The notes below the pieces were generated by a model. The model had not been told where the DNA came from, did not search any database, and saw only the letters and a program-made list of their open reading frames with translations. Positions 8,724-18,336 of a stretch of DNA of 47,697 nt are shown here, one piece after another. The translations under genes and the position numbers were made by a program. Position 1 is the first letter of the stretch; each line of letters opens with the position of its first letter. Origin of the DNA: an uncultured Mycobacterium sp. (GTDB lineage Bacteria; Actinomycetota; Actinomycetes; Mycobacteriales; Mycobacteriaceae); assembly GCA_964590745.1 (NCBI GenBank), contig CAZPZQ010000001.1:1-47697 (forward strand). Reading direction: 5' to 3'.

Positions 8724-9559
8724 GGCACGTACACCAATTTCGACATCTTGAGCTGATCACCGTCTCTGCTGACCGTCACCCGCAGTCGCCAGGTCCGCGG
8801 CTCCGCTTTTGCCCCTGCAGAATTGGTGACACGGGACGTCGCCGCCACCAAGACCACAGCGGAATCCCTTTCCATCGATTCGATCGCGGCTAAATTCACC
8901 GTTCCCTCGCTGACCACATGCGCCTGTTTGGTCACCTCGGTGAAATCAGCTGCCTGCCGTTCGAAGTCATCCCTGAATTCGCCGGTGGAGTTGTCCAGCA
9001 CCCGCTGAATATCCTCCTCGACGTTCTGGAAGTTCAGTGACGTCATGTTGATAACGCCCTGCTTAGCCGCTGCGATAAACGCCGCTGCGGACTGCCGGCG
9101 CTGCACTGCGCCATGATGCTGTACCGCGATGAGAACGCTGGCGCCGAGCAACGCACAGACCAAAGCGACCGCGGCGCCGGAGATTACCGTGGCTGGCCGG
9201 GGTTTAGTCAACCGGCGTCGCGGCGATTCCGTCCCGGCTGGGCGCTCGGCGGCTTCGTCGGCGTCTGGCGAGTCGGCGCTGGCCGCACCGGTTACTTCCG
9301 CGTTGATGGCGGGCTCGTCGGCCTCTTCGGAATCCACGCTGGACTCAGCGCTGTCACGTTGGCGGGTGCGGGCCATGGCGGCCGAATCGGCCTGCTGTCG
9401 CAGCCGGATAGCCCGCGCCCGGGCCTGCGCTGCGACAGCCAGTGCTTCGGCCTCGGCGGCTTCGGCTGCAGCGACTTCGGCGTCCTCGACCAATGCTGGA
9501 TCAGCTATCGGCTGGGTTGCATCCTCGCGCGGCTGGTTGTCATCAGGCATCGCGGCCAC
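8720..9559 (-). CDS. Mce-associated membrane (Mam) protein
   Basis: Acidic N-terminus, TM helix, [37 protein letters not shown] and KMSKL motifs. Confidence 0.9.
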   Translation of the reverse strand: MAAMPDDNQPREDATQPIADPALVEDAEVAAAEAAEAEALAVAAQARARAIRLRQQADSAAMARTRQRDSAESSVDSEEADEPAINAEVTGAASADSPDADEAAERPAGTESPRRRLTKPRPATVISGAAVALVCALLGASVLIAVQHHGAVQRRQSAAAFIAAAKQGVINMTSLNFQNVEEDIQRVLDNSTGEFRDDFERQAADFTEVTKQAHVVSEGTVNLAAIESMERDSAVVLVAATSRVTNSAGAKAEPRTWRLRVTVSRDGDQLKMSKLVYVP

Positions 9560-9651
9560 GGCCCGTCAACATCACACTCCGGTATGTATCACGACATTGC
9601 CCCATTGCTAGCATCGGAGCACCAGAACTCCCACTAGGAGCGATCAGCGTT

Positions 9652-10785
9652 ATGCCTGCCGTCGACTCCCCCGAAAAGATACTCTTCGCGTCGACCACCC
9701 AAGCGTTTCTACACAAAGAAGCGTCGCTGAGCCGAGTCCGAGAGTTGCACGCAGCGGGAATTTCTTTCGACCGGGACTGGTGGCGGCGGGCTGCTCAGCT
9801 GGGCTGGACTAGCCTGCTCGTGCCCGAGGAATTGGGCGGGGGCAGCATCACCGGCAGCGGCTTTACCGATCTGGCCATGGTTGCCCAGCAGATCGGCGCG
9901 ACGGTGGCGCCCGGACCGCTGTATCCGGTCAGTACCGTCTTGGCGGGTCTGTCCGACTGCGCCGAGCGTCAAACCCACGCCGGCATCATCGGACCACTCA
10001 TCTCCGGCGAAACGGTGGCGTCCTGGGCCGTCTACGAACCGGACCAGGACTGGGCGCCGCTGCAGCCGTCGGTGACCGCAACCGCAACCGATTCGGGATA
10101 CCGCATCGACGGTGTCAAGGATCGGGTCGAGGCCGGCGCGCACAGTGATGTGCTGTTGACGGTGGCGCGCTTCGACGGCGGGGTTCGGCAGTTCCTGGTG
10201 CCGACGACCGCGCCGGGCGTGCGGATCGAGTCCCAGTCGTCGGTGGACCTGGTCAAGCAGTACGCTCGGGTGCGTTTCGACGGGGTGGAGGTCGACCACG
10301 CGGCCGCAGTTGGAACCGTCGATGAGACCACCGCGCTGGTTGAGCGGCAGAGCCAGGTCGCACAGGTCTTGCAGTGCGCCGAGGTGGTTGGGATCTTGCA
10401 GACGGTGTTCGACATAACCGTCGGCTGGGCATTCGACCGGCACACGTTCGGCCGGCCGCTGGCCTCCTACCAAGCGCTGAAACACCGCTTCGCAGACATG
10501 AAGATGTGGGTTGAGGCCTGTAAAGCCACCACGGCGGCGGCGGTGGCCGACATCGCCGCCCGCGCACCGCAGGCGGCGCGTTCGGCCAGCGTGGCCAAAT
10601 CGTACGTCGGGGAAATGGGCGTCCAGGTGGTGCAGGCCTGCGTGCAGATGCATGGCGGTATCGGCGTCACTTGGGAGCATGACTTACATCTGTATCTGCG
10701 ACGGGTGACGCTGTACCGCTCCATGTTCGGCACTCCCGAGGAGCACAATCTGCGGGTGTATGGGTGGGAAGAGGCTTCGCGGTGA
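9652..10785 (+). CDS. Acyl-CoA dehydrogenase subunit (non-catalytic partner type)
   Basis: LGWTSLLVPEELGG, RHTFGRPLASYQALKH, QMHGGIGVTWEHDLHLY; RBS AGGAG. Confidence 0.9.
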   Translation: MPAVDSPEKILFASTTQAFLHKEASLSRVRELHAAGISFDRDWWRRAAQLGWTSLLVPEELGGGSITGSGFTDLAMVAQQIGATVAPGPLYPVSTVLAGLSDCAERQTHAGIIGPLISGETVASWAVYEPDQDWAPLQPSVTATATDSGYRIDGVKDRVEAGAHSDVLLTVARFDGGVRQFLVPTTAPGVRIESQSSVDLVKQYARVRFDGVEVDHAAAVGTVDETTALVERQSQVAQVLQCAEVVGILQTVFDITVGWAFDRHTFGRPLASYQALKHRFADMKMWVEACKATTAAAVADIAARAPQAARSASVAKSYVGEMGVQVVQACVQMHGGIGVTWEHDLHLYLRRVTLYRSMFGTPEEHNLRVYGWEEASR

Positions 10786-12020
10786 CGCACAACCACGAAA
10801 CGGTCGATCAGTTCGCCGCCCGGGCCGCCGCCTGGCTGGCCGATAACATGCCGCGCATCGATCCGGCATCACCACCCACCGTCGACCGTGATGACGAACG
10901 CTGCTGGCGACGGGCACGTGAATTGCAAAAGCGACTCTACGAAGGCGGATTCGCCGGCATCTGCTTCCCCCGCGAATACGGCGGCCTCGGGTTGAGCTAT
11001 GAATACCAAAAGGCGTTCGACCGCGAGACCGTGGGCTACGAGATGCCGCTGATCCTCAACACGCCCACGTTCACCATTTGCGCCGCAACCTTGCTCGACA
11101 CCGCCGGCGAAGAGCAAAAACGCCGACACATCGGGGCGGTGCTGCGCGGCGACGAGGTGTTGGTCCAGCTGTTGTCCGAGCCCAGCGGCGGCTCGGACCT
11201 TGCCGGCGTGATTACCCGGGCTGACCGGCACGGCGACCGGTGGGTGATCAACGGCGCAAAGACGTGGAGCACCAGTGCATTCGCCGCCGATTACGGGCTA
11301 TGCCTAGCCCGCACCAATTGGGACGTGCCCAAGCATGAGGGGTTGACCATGTTCCTGGTGCCGATCGCGCATCCCGGCATCACCATGCGGCGCATCACCC
11401 AACTCAACGGCTCTACCGAGTTCTGCGAAGAGTTTCTCGACCATGTCGATGTCGGCGACGACGCCGTCGTCGGCGAGGTGAACAACGGCTGGGCGGTAGC
11501 CTCACGGCAGCTGTACCACGAACGCCGCGCGGTCGGCCAGGGCTCGGAGTTCGCCAGCGGTACCGGCAGTGAGGGCGGCGACTTCCACGCGGTGGACTAT
11601 GTTGCGCTGACGGAGAAAACCGGCCAGACCGACAACGAGCGGGTGCGGGAGATGGCCGGTCGGGCGCTGGTACACCGCGCGGTGGGCGAACAGTTGATCC
11701 GCCACGTGTACCGCAGCGTTCGCGACGGCGACCTGCCGCCGGCCGGCGGAACACTGATCAGGCTCTTTCACGCTGACACCGTGACTTTGGATATGGATAC
11801 CGCGCTGGCGATCGCCGGGACAGCCGGGGTGGTGGGCGAACGCGGTGATGGTCTGGAGAACGGGCTGCGCTATCTGTCGCGACAGGCCATCTGTATCGGC
11901 GGCGGCACTACGGAGATGGCCCGCAACGTCATCGGTGAGCGGGTGCTCAACTTTCCCCGCGAGTACGCCGCCGACCGGGGGGTGCCGTTCAACCAGGTGC
12001 GGCGCCAACAGCAGCCCTGA
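10782..12020 (+). CDS. Acyl-CoA dehydrogenase subunit (catalytic type)
   Basis: LSEPSGGSDLA, NGAKTW, LYHER, IGGGTTE; GTGA overlap with its partner. Confidence 0.92.
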   Translation: MTHNHETVDQFAARAAAWLADNMPRIDPASPPTVDRDDERCWRRARELQKRLYEGGFAGICFPREYGGLGLSYEYQKAFDRETVGYEMPLILNTPTFTICAATLLDTAGEEQKRRHIGAVLRGDEVLVQLLSEPSGGSDLAGVITRADRHGDRWVINGAKTWSTSAFAADYGLCLARTNWDVPKHEGLTMFLVPIAHPGITMRRITQLNGSTEFCEEFLDHVDVGDDAVVGEVNNGWAVASRQLYHERRAVGQGSEFASGTGSEGGDFHAVDYVALTEKTGQTDNERVREMAGRALVHRAVGEQLIRHVYRSVRDGDLPPAGGTLIRLFHADTVTLDMDTALAIAGTAGVVGERGDGLENGLRYLSRQAICIGGGTTEMARNVIGERVLNFPREYAADRGVPFNQVRRQQQP

Positions 12021-12037
12021 CGGCCCCGTCTCCCCGG

Positions 12038-12099
12038 CGAACAGACATAAAAGCACCCCATTCATTCCGGTCGAAAAAAGGGGATTTTGCGTCTGCTCG
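12038..12099. repeat. REP-like imperfect palindrome between convergent genes
   Basis: CGAACAGACATAAAA..CCCC...GGGGA.TTTTGCGTCTGCTCG; related copy at 14312-14387. Confidence 0.6.
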
Positions 12100-12104
12100 G
12101 CGGC

Positions 12105-13334
12105 TTAGAGGATCGCGCCGCTGTCTTTGGCCGCCGCGATGGCATCCCAATCTAGACCCAGCTCCAGCAGGATCTCTTCGGTATGTTGGCCGTGTTCGGG
12201 GGCACGGGCCGGAGGCGGTGGTGTCTCGTTGAACTGCACAGGAGCAGCGACCATTTGGTATTCGTCACCGGCGTCGTCAACATTAGTGACGAGATAGCCG
12301 TTGGGTCGGTTCTGCGGATCGTGCAGAACCTCGCGTGGTGTGGCCAGCGGTGCCCACACGCCCGGCTCGTCGGCCAGTGCGGTGCGCCAGTGCTGCAGGT
12401 CGTATTCGGCGAATCTAGCGCCGATGAGTGCAGTGGCCTCGGCGGCGTTGGCCGACAGATTCGAAGCCGGTACGAAGCGTTCGTCGGTCGCGAGTTCGGG
12501 TAGGCCCAACCGCTGACAGAAGCCGGCCCAATATCGGTCCGGTTGTAAAAAGACCAACTGTATCCAGCGGCCATCCTTGGTCTTGTATCGGTTGACCAGC
12601 GGATTGATGGCCAATCCCGGTGGGGCGCCGGGGATGCCGTCGATATCGAAGAAATCCGCTACCGAAATCGACGGTGCGATCGCCCACATCGCCTGAGCCA
12701 GCAGCGACGAGTCCACGATCGCGGTCTCACCGGTGCGTTGCCGGTGGAACAGCGCCGCGCACACCCCACCGGCCAGGGTGGCCCCGGCTTGCAGGTCGCC
12801 GAAGGCCGGGCCCTGCACCGCGGGATATTCCGTTCCGAACGGTGTCAGCGTGTAAGCCACCCCGCCGCGAGCCAGGTAGGTGGCAGCGTCGAATCCACCG
12901 CGGTTGCGGTCCGGTCCACGTACCCCTAATCCGGTGCCGCGCGCGATGATGATGTCGGGGTTGTCCGCTCGGATGTCTGCAACCGTCAGCCGTGCCCGTT
13001 CCAGTGCGTCTGGCCGCCAGTTGGTAAGCAGCACATCGGCATCCGACAACAACTTTCCGAACAGTTTGCGTCCGTCATCGTTTTTGAGATCCAGCGCGAT
13101 GCTGCGCTTGCCACGGTTGCCCAGTTCGAGCATGAAGTCGGCATCGACCCGCGCGGCTTCCCGGGTGAACCCGCCCACCACCAGAGCGCGCCCCGGGTCG
13201 CCGCCGGCGATGCTCTCCACTTTGATCACATCGGCGCCCCAGTCCGCCAGGGCAACACCGGCGGACGGAACGTAGGTCCACGAAGCGAGTTCGATCACTC
13301 GAACGCCACTGAGCATGCGGGACACTGAGGACAT
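12105..13334 (-). CDS. Family III (CaiB/BaiF) CoA transferase
   Basis: [36 protein letters not shown] catalytic Asp, APEHGQHT. Confidence 0.93.
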   Translation of the reverse strand: MSSVSRMLSGVRVIELASWTYVPSAGVALADWGADVIKVESIAGGDPGRALVVGGFTREAARVDADFMLELGNRGKRSIALDLKNDDGRKLFGKLLSDADVLLTNWRPDALERARLTVADIRADNPDIIIARGTGLGVRGPDRNRGGFDAATYLARGGVAYTLTPFGTEYPAVQGPAFGDLQAGATLAGGVCAALFHRQRTGETAIVDSSLLAQAMWAIAPSISVADFFDIDGIPGAPPGLAINPLVNRYKTKDGRWIQLVFLQPDRYWAGFCQRLGLPELATDERFVPASNLSANAAEATALIGARFAEYDLQHWRTALADEPGVWAPLATPREVLHDPQNRPNGYLVTNVDDAGDEYQMVAAPVQFNETPPPPARAPEHGQHTEEILLELGLDWDAIAAAKDSGAIL

Positions 13335-13372
13335 CGACCACCTTCTCGTGCGCTGGCGTCGTCGCGGCCGGC

Positions 13373-13412
13373 TTGACGTTCTGTGCTACTTTACTATCTT
13401 TATCATGTTAGC
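13373..13412 (+). promoter_or_regulatory. SigA-like promoter overlapped by 9-bp operator-like motif, copy 2
   Basis: TTGACG(13373)-N16-TATCTT; minus strand 13412-13385 reads g-CTAACATGA-TAAAGATAG-TAAAGTAG-c. Confidence 0.7.
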
Positions 13413-13438
13413 TGTACCGGCCTGACCGAGGAGCGCCG

Positions 13439-14302
13439 ATGGGCAGAGTCACGGGCAAGGTGGCATTGATCAGCGGTGCGGCGCGTGGCCAGGGCCGTTC
13501 CCATGCGCGCATGCTGGCCGCCGAGGGTGCCGACATCATCGCGGTCGACTTGTGTCAAGACATCGCGACCAACGACTACCCGTTGGCTCGACCGGAGGAT
13601 CTCGACGAAACCGCGCGGCTGGTGGAAAAGGAGGGATGCAGCGCGTTCACTGCCATCGCCGACGTCAGAGACCGTCCGGCCTTATCGAAGGCGATCGACG
13701 AAGGCGTAGCCCAGTTCGGCCACTTGGATGTGGTGGTGGCGAACGCTGGGATCGCGCCGCTGACGGCCGGCGGCCCCATCCAAGCCTTCGCTGACGCCAT
13801 CGACGTCGACCTGATCGGCGTGCTGAACTTGGTGCACGCCAGCCTCAAACATTTGCAGACCGGTGCGTCGATCGTCGTGACCGGTTCGCTGGCAGCGTTT
13901 ATGGCCGCAACGAACACCTCGGGCATCGACGCCGGTCCGGGCGGGGCAGGCTATGGATTCGCCAAACAGGTGGCTGCGCACTACGTCAACGATCTGGCGC
14001 TGCAATTGGCGCCCAGCAATATTCGAGTCAATGCGATCCACCCGACGAACTGCAACACCGACATGCTGCACAGTCCACCGATGTACCGCGCCTTTCGGCC
14101 GGACCTGGCGAACCCCACCCGCGAGGACGCGGAACTGTCTTTCCCCGCGCTACAGGCGATGCCGATTCCCTACATCGAACCCGAGGACGTCAGCGAAGTG
14201 GTGCTGTTCTTGGCGTCAGACGCCTCGCGGTACGTGACGGGCCAGCAGATCCGCGTCGACGCCGGTGGATTCCTGCGCGCCAAGCCCTGGTCGGGCCCGT
14301 AG
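13439..14302 (+). CDS. Mycofactocin-coupled SDR (carveol dehydrogenase-like)
   Basis: GAARGQGRSHA, ADIIAVDLC plus insertion loop, NAG, YGFAK, IHPTNCNTDM. Confidence 0.9.
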   Translation: MGRVTGKVALISGAARGQGRSHARMLAAEGADIIAVDLCQDIATNDYPLARPEDLDETARLVEKEGCSAFTAIADVRDRPALSKAIDEGVAQFGHLDVVVANAGIAPLTAGGPIQAFADAIDVDLIGVLNLVHASLKHLQTGASIVVTGSLAAFMAATNTSGIDAGPGGAGYGFAKQVAAHYVNDLALQLAPSNIRVNAIHPTNCNTDMLHSPPMYRAFRPDLANPTREDAELSFPALQAMPIPYIEPEDVSEVVLFLASDASRYVTGQQIRVDAGGFLRAKPWSGP

Positions 14303-14311
14303 CGTTCACTG

Positions 14312-14387
14312 CGCGAACGGACGCAAACATCCCTTCGTCACGTAGATTTCGGGGACTTTTGCGGCTTGATAGGAGCTATTGCTCGCG
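14312..14387. repeat. REP-like imperfect palindrome, second (degenerate) copy
   Basis: CGCGAACGGACGCAAA..TCCC...GGGGACTTTTGCG...GCTCGCG between convergent SDR and amidohydrolase genes. Confidence 0.5.
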
Positions 14388-14389
14388 GG

Positions 14390-15583
14390 TTAAGCCGACA
14401 CCGGCTTAGCGACCTTCATCACCTCCATCATGTTGCCGCCCATGATCTTCTCGATGTCGGCTTGGTCAAATCCCTCGAGTTCGTCGATGAAGCTCAGCGG
14501 GTCGGCCAATCCCTCCGGGTGCGGCCAGTCGGAACCGAAGACCACTCGGTCAGCGCCCACCATCTGGACGATGTCGGCGAACCGGTCCTCCCAGAACGGG
14601 CTGATGTAGACGCAGCGCTTGAACGCCTCGACTGGGTCCTCGTTGAAGGCGCTGGGCATCTTCTTGTAGACGTTCTTCAATCCCTTGAACAGGTCAGGGA
14701 CCCAGTCGGCGCCGTTCTCGATCGACAGCACGCGCAGATCCGGGTTACGCGAAAACGCGCCATGGCAGACCAGCGCGCCCATCGCGTCGAAGATCGGTCG
14801 GTGGCCCATGGCCAGCATCCGAAACGCGGTGGGCCGGAACGGCAGGAACTCGTCACCCGGCTCCCATACGTTGCACATCTCGGCGTAGCCGGTGTCCGAG
14901 GCGTGCATCGTCACCGGGATGCCGGCTTTGACGCAGGCCTGCCAGAACGGGTCGAACTCCTCCAGCCCGAACGAGCGGCTGCCCCGGAAGCCGGGCACCG
15001 GGCCGGGCCGAACCAGCACGGTGCGGGCGCCCCGTTGCAGGCACCAGTCCAGTTCGTCGAGGGCCCGATCGACGATGGGCAGGGTGATTACCGGCGTGGC
15101 GAAGATGCGTTCTTGGTAGTTGAATGACCAGGTTTCGTGCATCCACTGGTTGAGCGCGTGGATGACGTCGTGAATCAGTTCCGGGTCATCTTTCATGTGC
15201 TCTTCGACCAGGCTGGCCAGGGTGGGGATCATCAGCGCGTAGTCGAGCCCCAACTCGTCCATCACCTCGAGCCTCGGCCCGGGCTCACGGAAGGCGGGGA
15301 TGGCCTTCATCGGTTCGCCCATCATCTCGCGGTAGCTCTTGCCGCCGCTGCCGTGCCGGAAGTACTCCTCCTGAGCACCCGGGCGGGCAACCACTTCGAA
15401 CGTTGGGTTGGGAATGTAGTTGCTGATCTGGCCTCGCACGACGATCTTGGTCCGACCGCGCACCTGCACGTAGTCGATAACGTGCTTGCGGTTGTCCGGC
15501 AGGAACTTGGTCAGTGCCTCCTGCGGTTCATACAGGTGGTTGTCGGCGTCGAACACCGGAAAAGGAAGTTCGCGGGACGGCAT
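14390..15583 (-). CDS. Amidohydrolase_2-fold protein, PtmU3-like ligand set
   Basis: FDADNH, TMHASD, SIENG, FGSDWPHPEG; RBS AGGAGG before ATG 15583. Confidence 0.88.
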   Translation of the reverse strand: MPSRELPFPVFDADNHLYEPQEALTKFLPDNRKHVIDYVQVRGRTKIVVRGQISNYIPNPTFEVVARPGAQEEYFRHGSGGKSYREMMGEPMKAIPAFREPGPRLEVMDELGLDYALMIPTLASLVEEHMKDDPELIHDVIHALNQWMHETWSFNYQERIFATPVITLPIVDRALDELDWCLQRGARTVLVRPGPVPGFRGSRSFGLEEFDPFWQACVKAGIPVTMHASDTGYAEMCNVWEPGDEFLPFRPTAFRMLAMGHRPIFDAMGALVCHGAFSRNPDLRVLSIENGADWVPDLFKGLKNVYKKMPSAFNEDPVEAFKRCVYISPFWEDRFADIVQMVGADRVVFGSDWPHPEGLADPLSFIDELEGFDQADIEKIMGGNMMEVMKVAKPVSA

Positions 15584-15608
15584 GATGGCCTCCTGAGCTG
15601 TATCGGAG

Positions 15609-15637
15609 AACAAGTGGTAACGACATTACCACTTGTT
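15609..15637. promoter_or_regulatory. Perfect 12-bp inverted repeat, probable TetR operator
   Basis: AACAAGTGGTAA-CGACA-TTACCACTTGTT; core GGTAAC-N3-ATTACC overlaps a minus-strand TAATGT -10. Confidence 0.65.
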
Positions 15638-15669
15638 GCCTCCGGGCGTAACCGGGCGATGCGATTCGG

Positions 15670-16680
15670 CTATCGGGCGTCGCGGCCACGCACGACCGCG
15701 AAACTCACCGTGGCGGTCGCTGCCAGTTCATCCTGGCCGTTGCCGAATATGTCCACCTGCACGATGACCGAGCGTTGGCCGGCCCGCAGCACTTTGGGAA
15801 CCGCCTCGGCAGGGCCCCGGGTGATCGGGCGCAGGTATCGGACGACGAGGTCCGCGGTGGTCAGGCTGGCGCCAGGTGGAACGTGCTCCAGCGCCAAGCG
15901 CCCTCCGGCAACATCGGCGAGCGTGGCGACCAAACCGCCCTGCAGCGCGCCAGCGGTGTTGACCACCCGCGGACTCACCGGCATGGTCATGACGAACTCG
16001 GCGCTGCGCGAGGCAGTTTCGCGTAGTCCGAGCTGGGTAAATAGCTGGGCCAACGATGGCGCCGGCATCTCCCGGTCGCTATCTGCCCCGAGCGCCCGTA
16101 TGCAGAAGTCGTACAACTGGCCGGTGTCGATCGGGGTTCCGGTCAACTCGGCACCGAGCCAGTGCAACCGCAGCGCGCCCAACACCGTCTGCATGACGAT
16201 CGCCGCCGCGACAGCAACGTCTGCACCGGGCCGGAATACGCCCTCAGCGACCCCTCGGTCCACCAGCTCGCGCAGCAGCTGATGCAGCGGGGACAACACC
16301 CGGGCGTAGTCCCGGGGCCGGGTCTCGGCCAGTTGCTGGTTGTACAGACTCAGCGCCCGATTCAGGCCGTCCTGGATGCTGGATTCCGGTCGGGCGCTGA
16401 CCCGGTCGATGACCAACCTGAGCGCGGCGCCGGCGTGCAACCCATCGGTCTCGGCGCGCCAGCTCCGTGCTGACTGCGCCATCGTCTTTTCGACCAGCGC
16501 CAGCAACAAATCATCCTTACTGGAAAAATGCTGGTAAAAGGACCGTAGCGACGTCTTGGAGCGGGTAACCACCTCCTGCACGGTGAAGTCGGTGCGCCCG
16601 GTTTCGCCGAGGATGGCGATCGCGGTTTTGATAAAGCCCGCGGCGCGGGTGGCCGGGTCGGCCGTGTCATGCGTGGTCAT
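15670..16680 (-). CDS. TetR-family regulator fused to a PaaI-type hotdog thioesterase domain
   Basis: N-terminal HTH FTVQEVVTRSKTSLRSFYQHFSSKDDLL; C-terminal NTAGALQGGLVATLAD...VRYLRP...GQRSVIVQV. Confidence 0.88.
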   Translation of the reverse strand: MTTHDTADPATRAAGFIKTAIAILGETGRTDFTVQEVVTRSKTSLRSFYQHFSSKDDLLLALVEKTMAQSARSWRAETDGLHAGAALRLVIDRVSARPESSIQDGLNRALSLYNQQLAETRPRDYARVLSPLHQLLRELVDRGVAEGVFRPGADVAVAAAIVMQTVLGALRLHWLGAELTGTPIDTGQLYDFCIRALGADSDREMPAPSLAQLFTQLGLRETASRSAEFVMTMPVSPRVVNTAGALQGGLVATLADVAGGRLALEHVPPGASLTTADLVVRYLRPITRGPAEAVPKVLRAGQRSVIVQVDIFGNGQDELAATATVSFAVVRGRDAR

Positions 16681-16714
16681 CCCGCCTCCTGTCGGTGCGC
16701 GCCGATAACGCGGT

Positions 16715-16729
16715 GAGAATCACGTTACC
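16715..16729. promoter_or_regulatory. Second putative TetR operator (autoregulatory)
   Basis: GAGAAT-CAC-GTTACC upstream of the tetR gene; resembles GGTAAC-GAC-ATTACC at 15616-15630 and overlaps a TAACGT -10. Confidence 0.55.
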
Positions 16730-16750
16730 GGCTTGCCCCGATGACGACGA

Positions 16751-18205
16751 TCAAAATGGTGGGGGATCGTCGTCATCGCCGGCCGTCGGTGGCGCCGGTC
16801 CGGTCCAGGCGGCGTGCCGGGCGGCATGGCGGGCTTGGCGTTCGTTGCGGTTTTTACGACGTTCGGCCGCGACGTAACGCGCGTGATTTTGCGCCCGGGT
16901 GCGTCGCCGTTTTGGCACCTTCGCGGTGCGGTTGGTGCGCTGCGGAGGGTTCACTGGATCCGATGATGCTAATTCCCCGGTGGGCGTACACAAGCTGGGG
17001 AACAGCAGCGCGCTGCCCGGGGTGGTGACGTAGGTCTGTCCGCCCGGTGATTTCCAGATGACGGTGCCGTCCGGGAGCTGTTGGTCCTGCCAGCCCCAGA
17101 ACGTTTTGAGCAAATGATGTTCGCGACACAGGCATTTCATGTTCGATGCATGAGTTGCCCCACCGTCGGCATACGGAGTTGTGTGGTCGAAATCGCAGTG
17201 GGTGGCCGGTTTATCGCAACCCGGGAATCGACATGTTAAGTCCCGGCAGCGAATGAAATCGGCCAGCGCGCGAGACGGGGCGTAGCCAGATTCGGGCGGT
17301 GCGTCTACCGGCGCTGAGAGCGGTTGGACCCGCGCCGAGTTCGCCAGCTCGGCGATCAACTCGGCAGGGATCAATGCCTCGGCGCCAATCAGAGCGCCCG
17401 CGGCCTGGCCGGTGCCGTCCAGACTGGCCTGCTCTGCGACGACATAGATCACGGCCGGCCGCGACACCGCCGAAGCCGCCGGGCAATTGAGACCACCGCA
17501 GCGGCACTGCAGCTGCTGACCACCGGCTGCCAACACGCCCATGGCGTCGGCGCGCCGCTGCTTGTGGGTGCGCGGGTCTTCCGAGCACACCGTTGCGGCC
17601 AAGGCGTCCAATCGTGCGTCCACCGCCTGCGCGTCGGTGGTGAGCAGTCTGCCGAACACTTCGCTCAAACCGTTTTGGCTGTCCCAGATGGAAAATTCCC
17701 GACTGGCCTGCTGCTCTCGGCGGCGGCGTACCGCATCGCGGTCGGCCTGGGCCACCACCTTGTCGATGTAACCAGCCAGCCGACCCGGGGTCATCGACGG
17801 CCACCGCGCCGCTCGCGCTGCTAAGACGGCATCGACGGCCGCCATCGTCTCGGCGTCGGTGATCAAATCAGTGCGATACACGATCGTCTGGAACGTCGAA
17901 TAGCTGATATCGCCGGCGCAGAGTAACGCCCCCACTTTCGGAAGCCGGCTGCGCATCGCGCGGGCGTAGTGCAGGTAGCTGCCGGCCCAGTGGGTACTGA
18001 TCCGCAATGCCACGGCGATCTCGGCGGTGATGTTGCACCAGGTATCGGTGGCCCAGGTTTCCCGCTCCCCGTACTGGCGTAAGACCAGCAGGTCAAGATC
18101 GTTGATCGCGGTCAGCCGAGCGCCCGCGGCCCGGTTCTCTGCCCGGGTCGCCGCGCGCATCCGGTCGGTTAGCGCCGCCAGCGTGTCCGGCTGAATATCG
18201 AACAT
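16751..18205 (-). CDS. DUF222/HNH endonuclease (13E12 repeat family protein)
   Basis: MFD start, ENRAAGARL, DPRTHKQRRADA, RDLTCRFPGC..DFDH...NMKCLCREHHLLKT, PPPF end. Confidence 0.92.
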   Translation of the reverse strand: MFDIQPDTLAALTDRMRAATRAENRAAGARLTAINDLDLLVLRQYGERETWATDTWCNITAEIAVALRISTHWAGSYLHYARAMRSRLPKVGALLCAGDISYSTFQTIVYRTDLITDAETMAAVDAVLAARAARWPSMTPGRLAGYIDKVVAQADRDAVRRRREQQASREFSIWDSQNGLSEVFGRLLTTDAQAVDARLDALAATVCSEDPRTHKQRRADAMGVLAAGGQQLQCRCGGLNCPAASAVSRPAVIYVVAEQASLDGTGQAAGALIGAEALIPAELIAELANSARVQPLSAPVDAPPESGYAPSRALADFIRCRDLTCRFPGCDKPATHCDFDHTTPYADGGATHASNMKCLCREHHLLKTFWGWQDQQLPDGTVIWKSPGGQTYVTTPGSALLFPSLCTPTGELASSDPVNPPQRTNRTAKVPKRRRTRAQNHARYVAAERRKNRNERQARHAARHAAWTGPAPPTAGDDDDPPPF

Positions 18206-18234
18206 GCTTTCGATTATGACAGCACGGTCAGACA
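18198..18234 (-). promoter_or_regulatory. LexA SOS box plus RecA-NDp/PafBC-like leaderless promoter
   Basis: TCGAAC-ATGC-TTTCGA (18198-18213, 1 mismatch to TCGAAC-N4-GTTCGA) over the ATG; minus strand TGTCTG-N10-CATAAT-N7-ATG. Confidence 0.72.
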
Positions 18235-18336
18235 CCCGGGCCGCTGACGCGTCAGATCCGGCCGTCTGTGCAGAAACCACCAACTGTGCAGCAACCGCTC
18301 CGGGCCGAACGAAACCGACGACCGCCGAGCCAGCGT

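Noticed and set aside
9560-9651. Expected eighth copy of the 9-bp motif in the Mam/ACAD divergent region
   Set aside because: No convincing match found
15609-15637. KstR2 box (AnCAAGnnCTTGnT)
   Set aside because: AACAAG and CTTGTT are separated by 17 nt rather than 2
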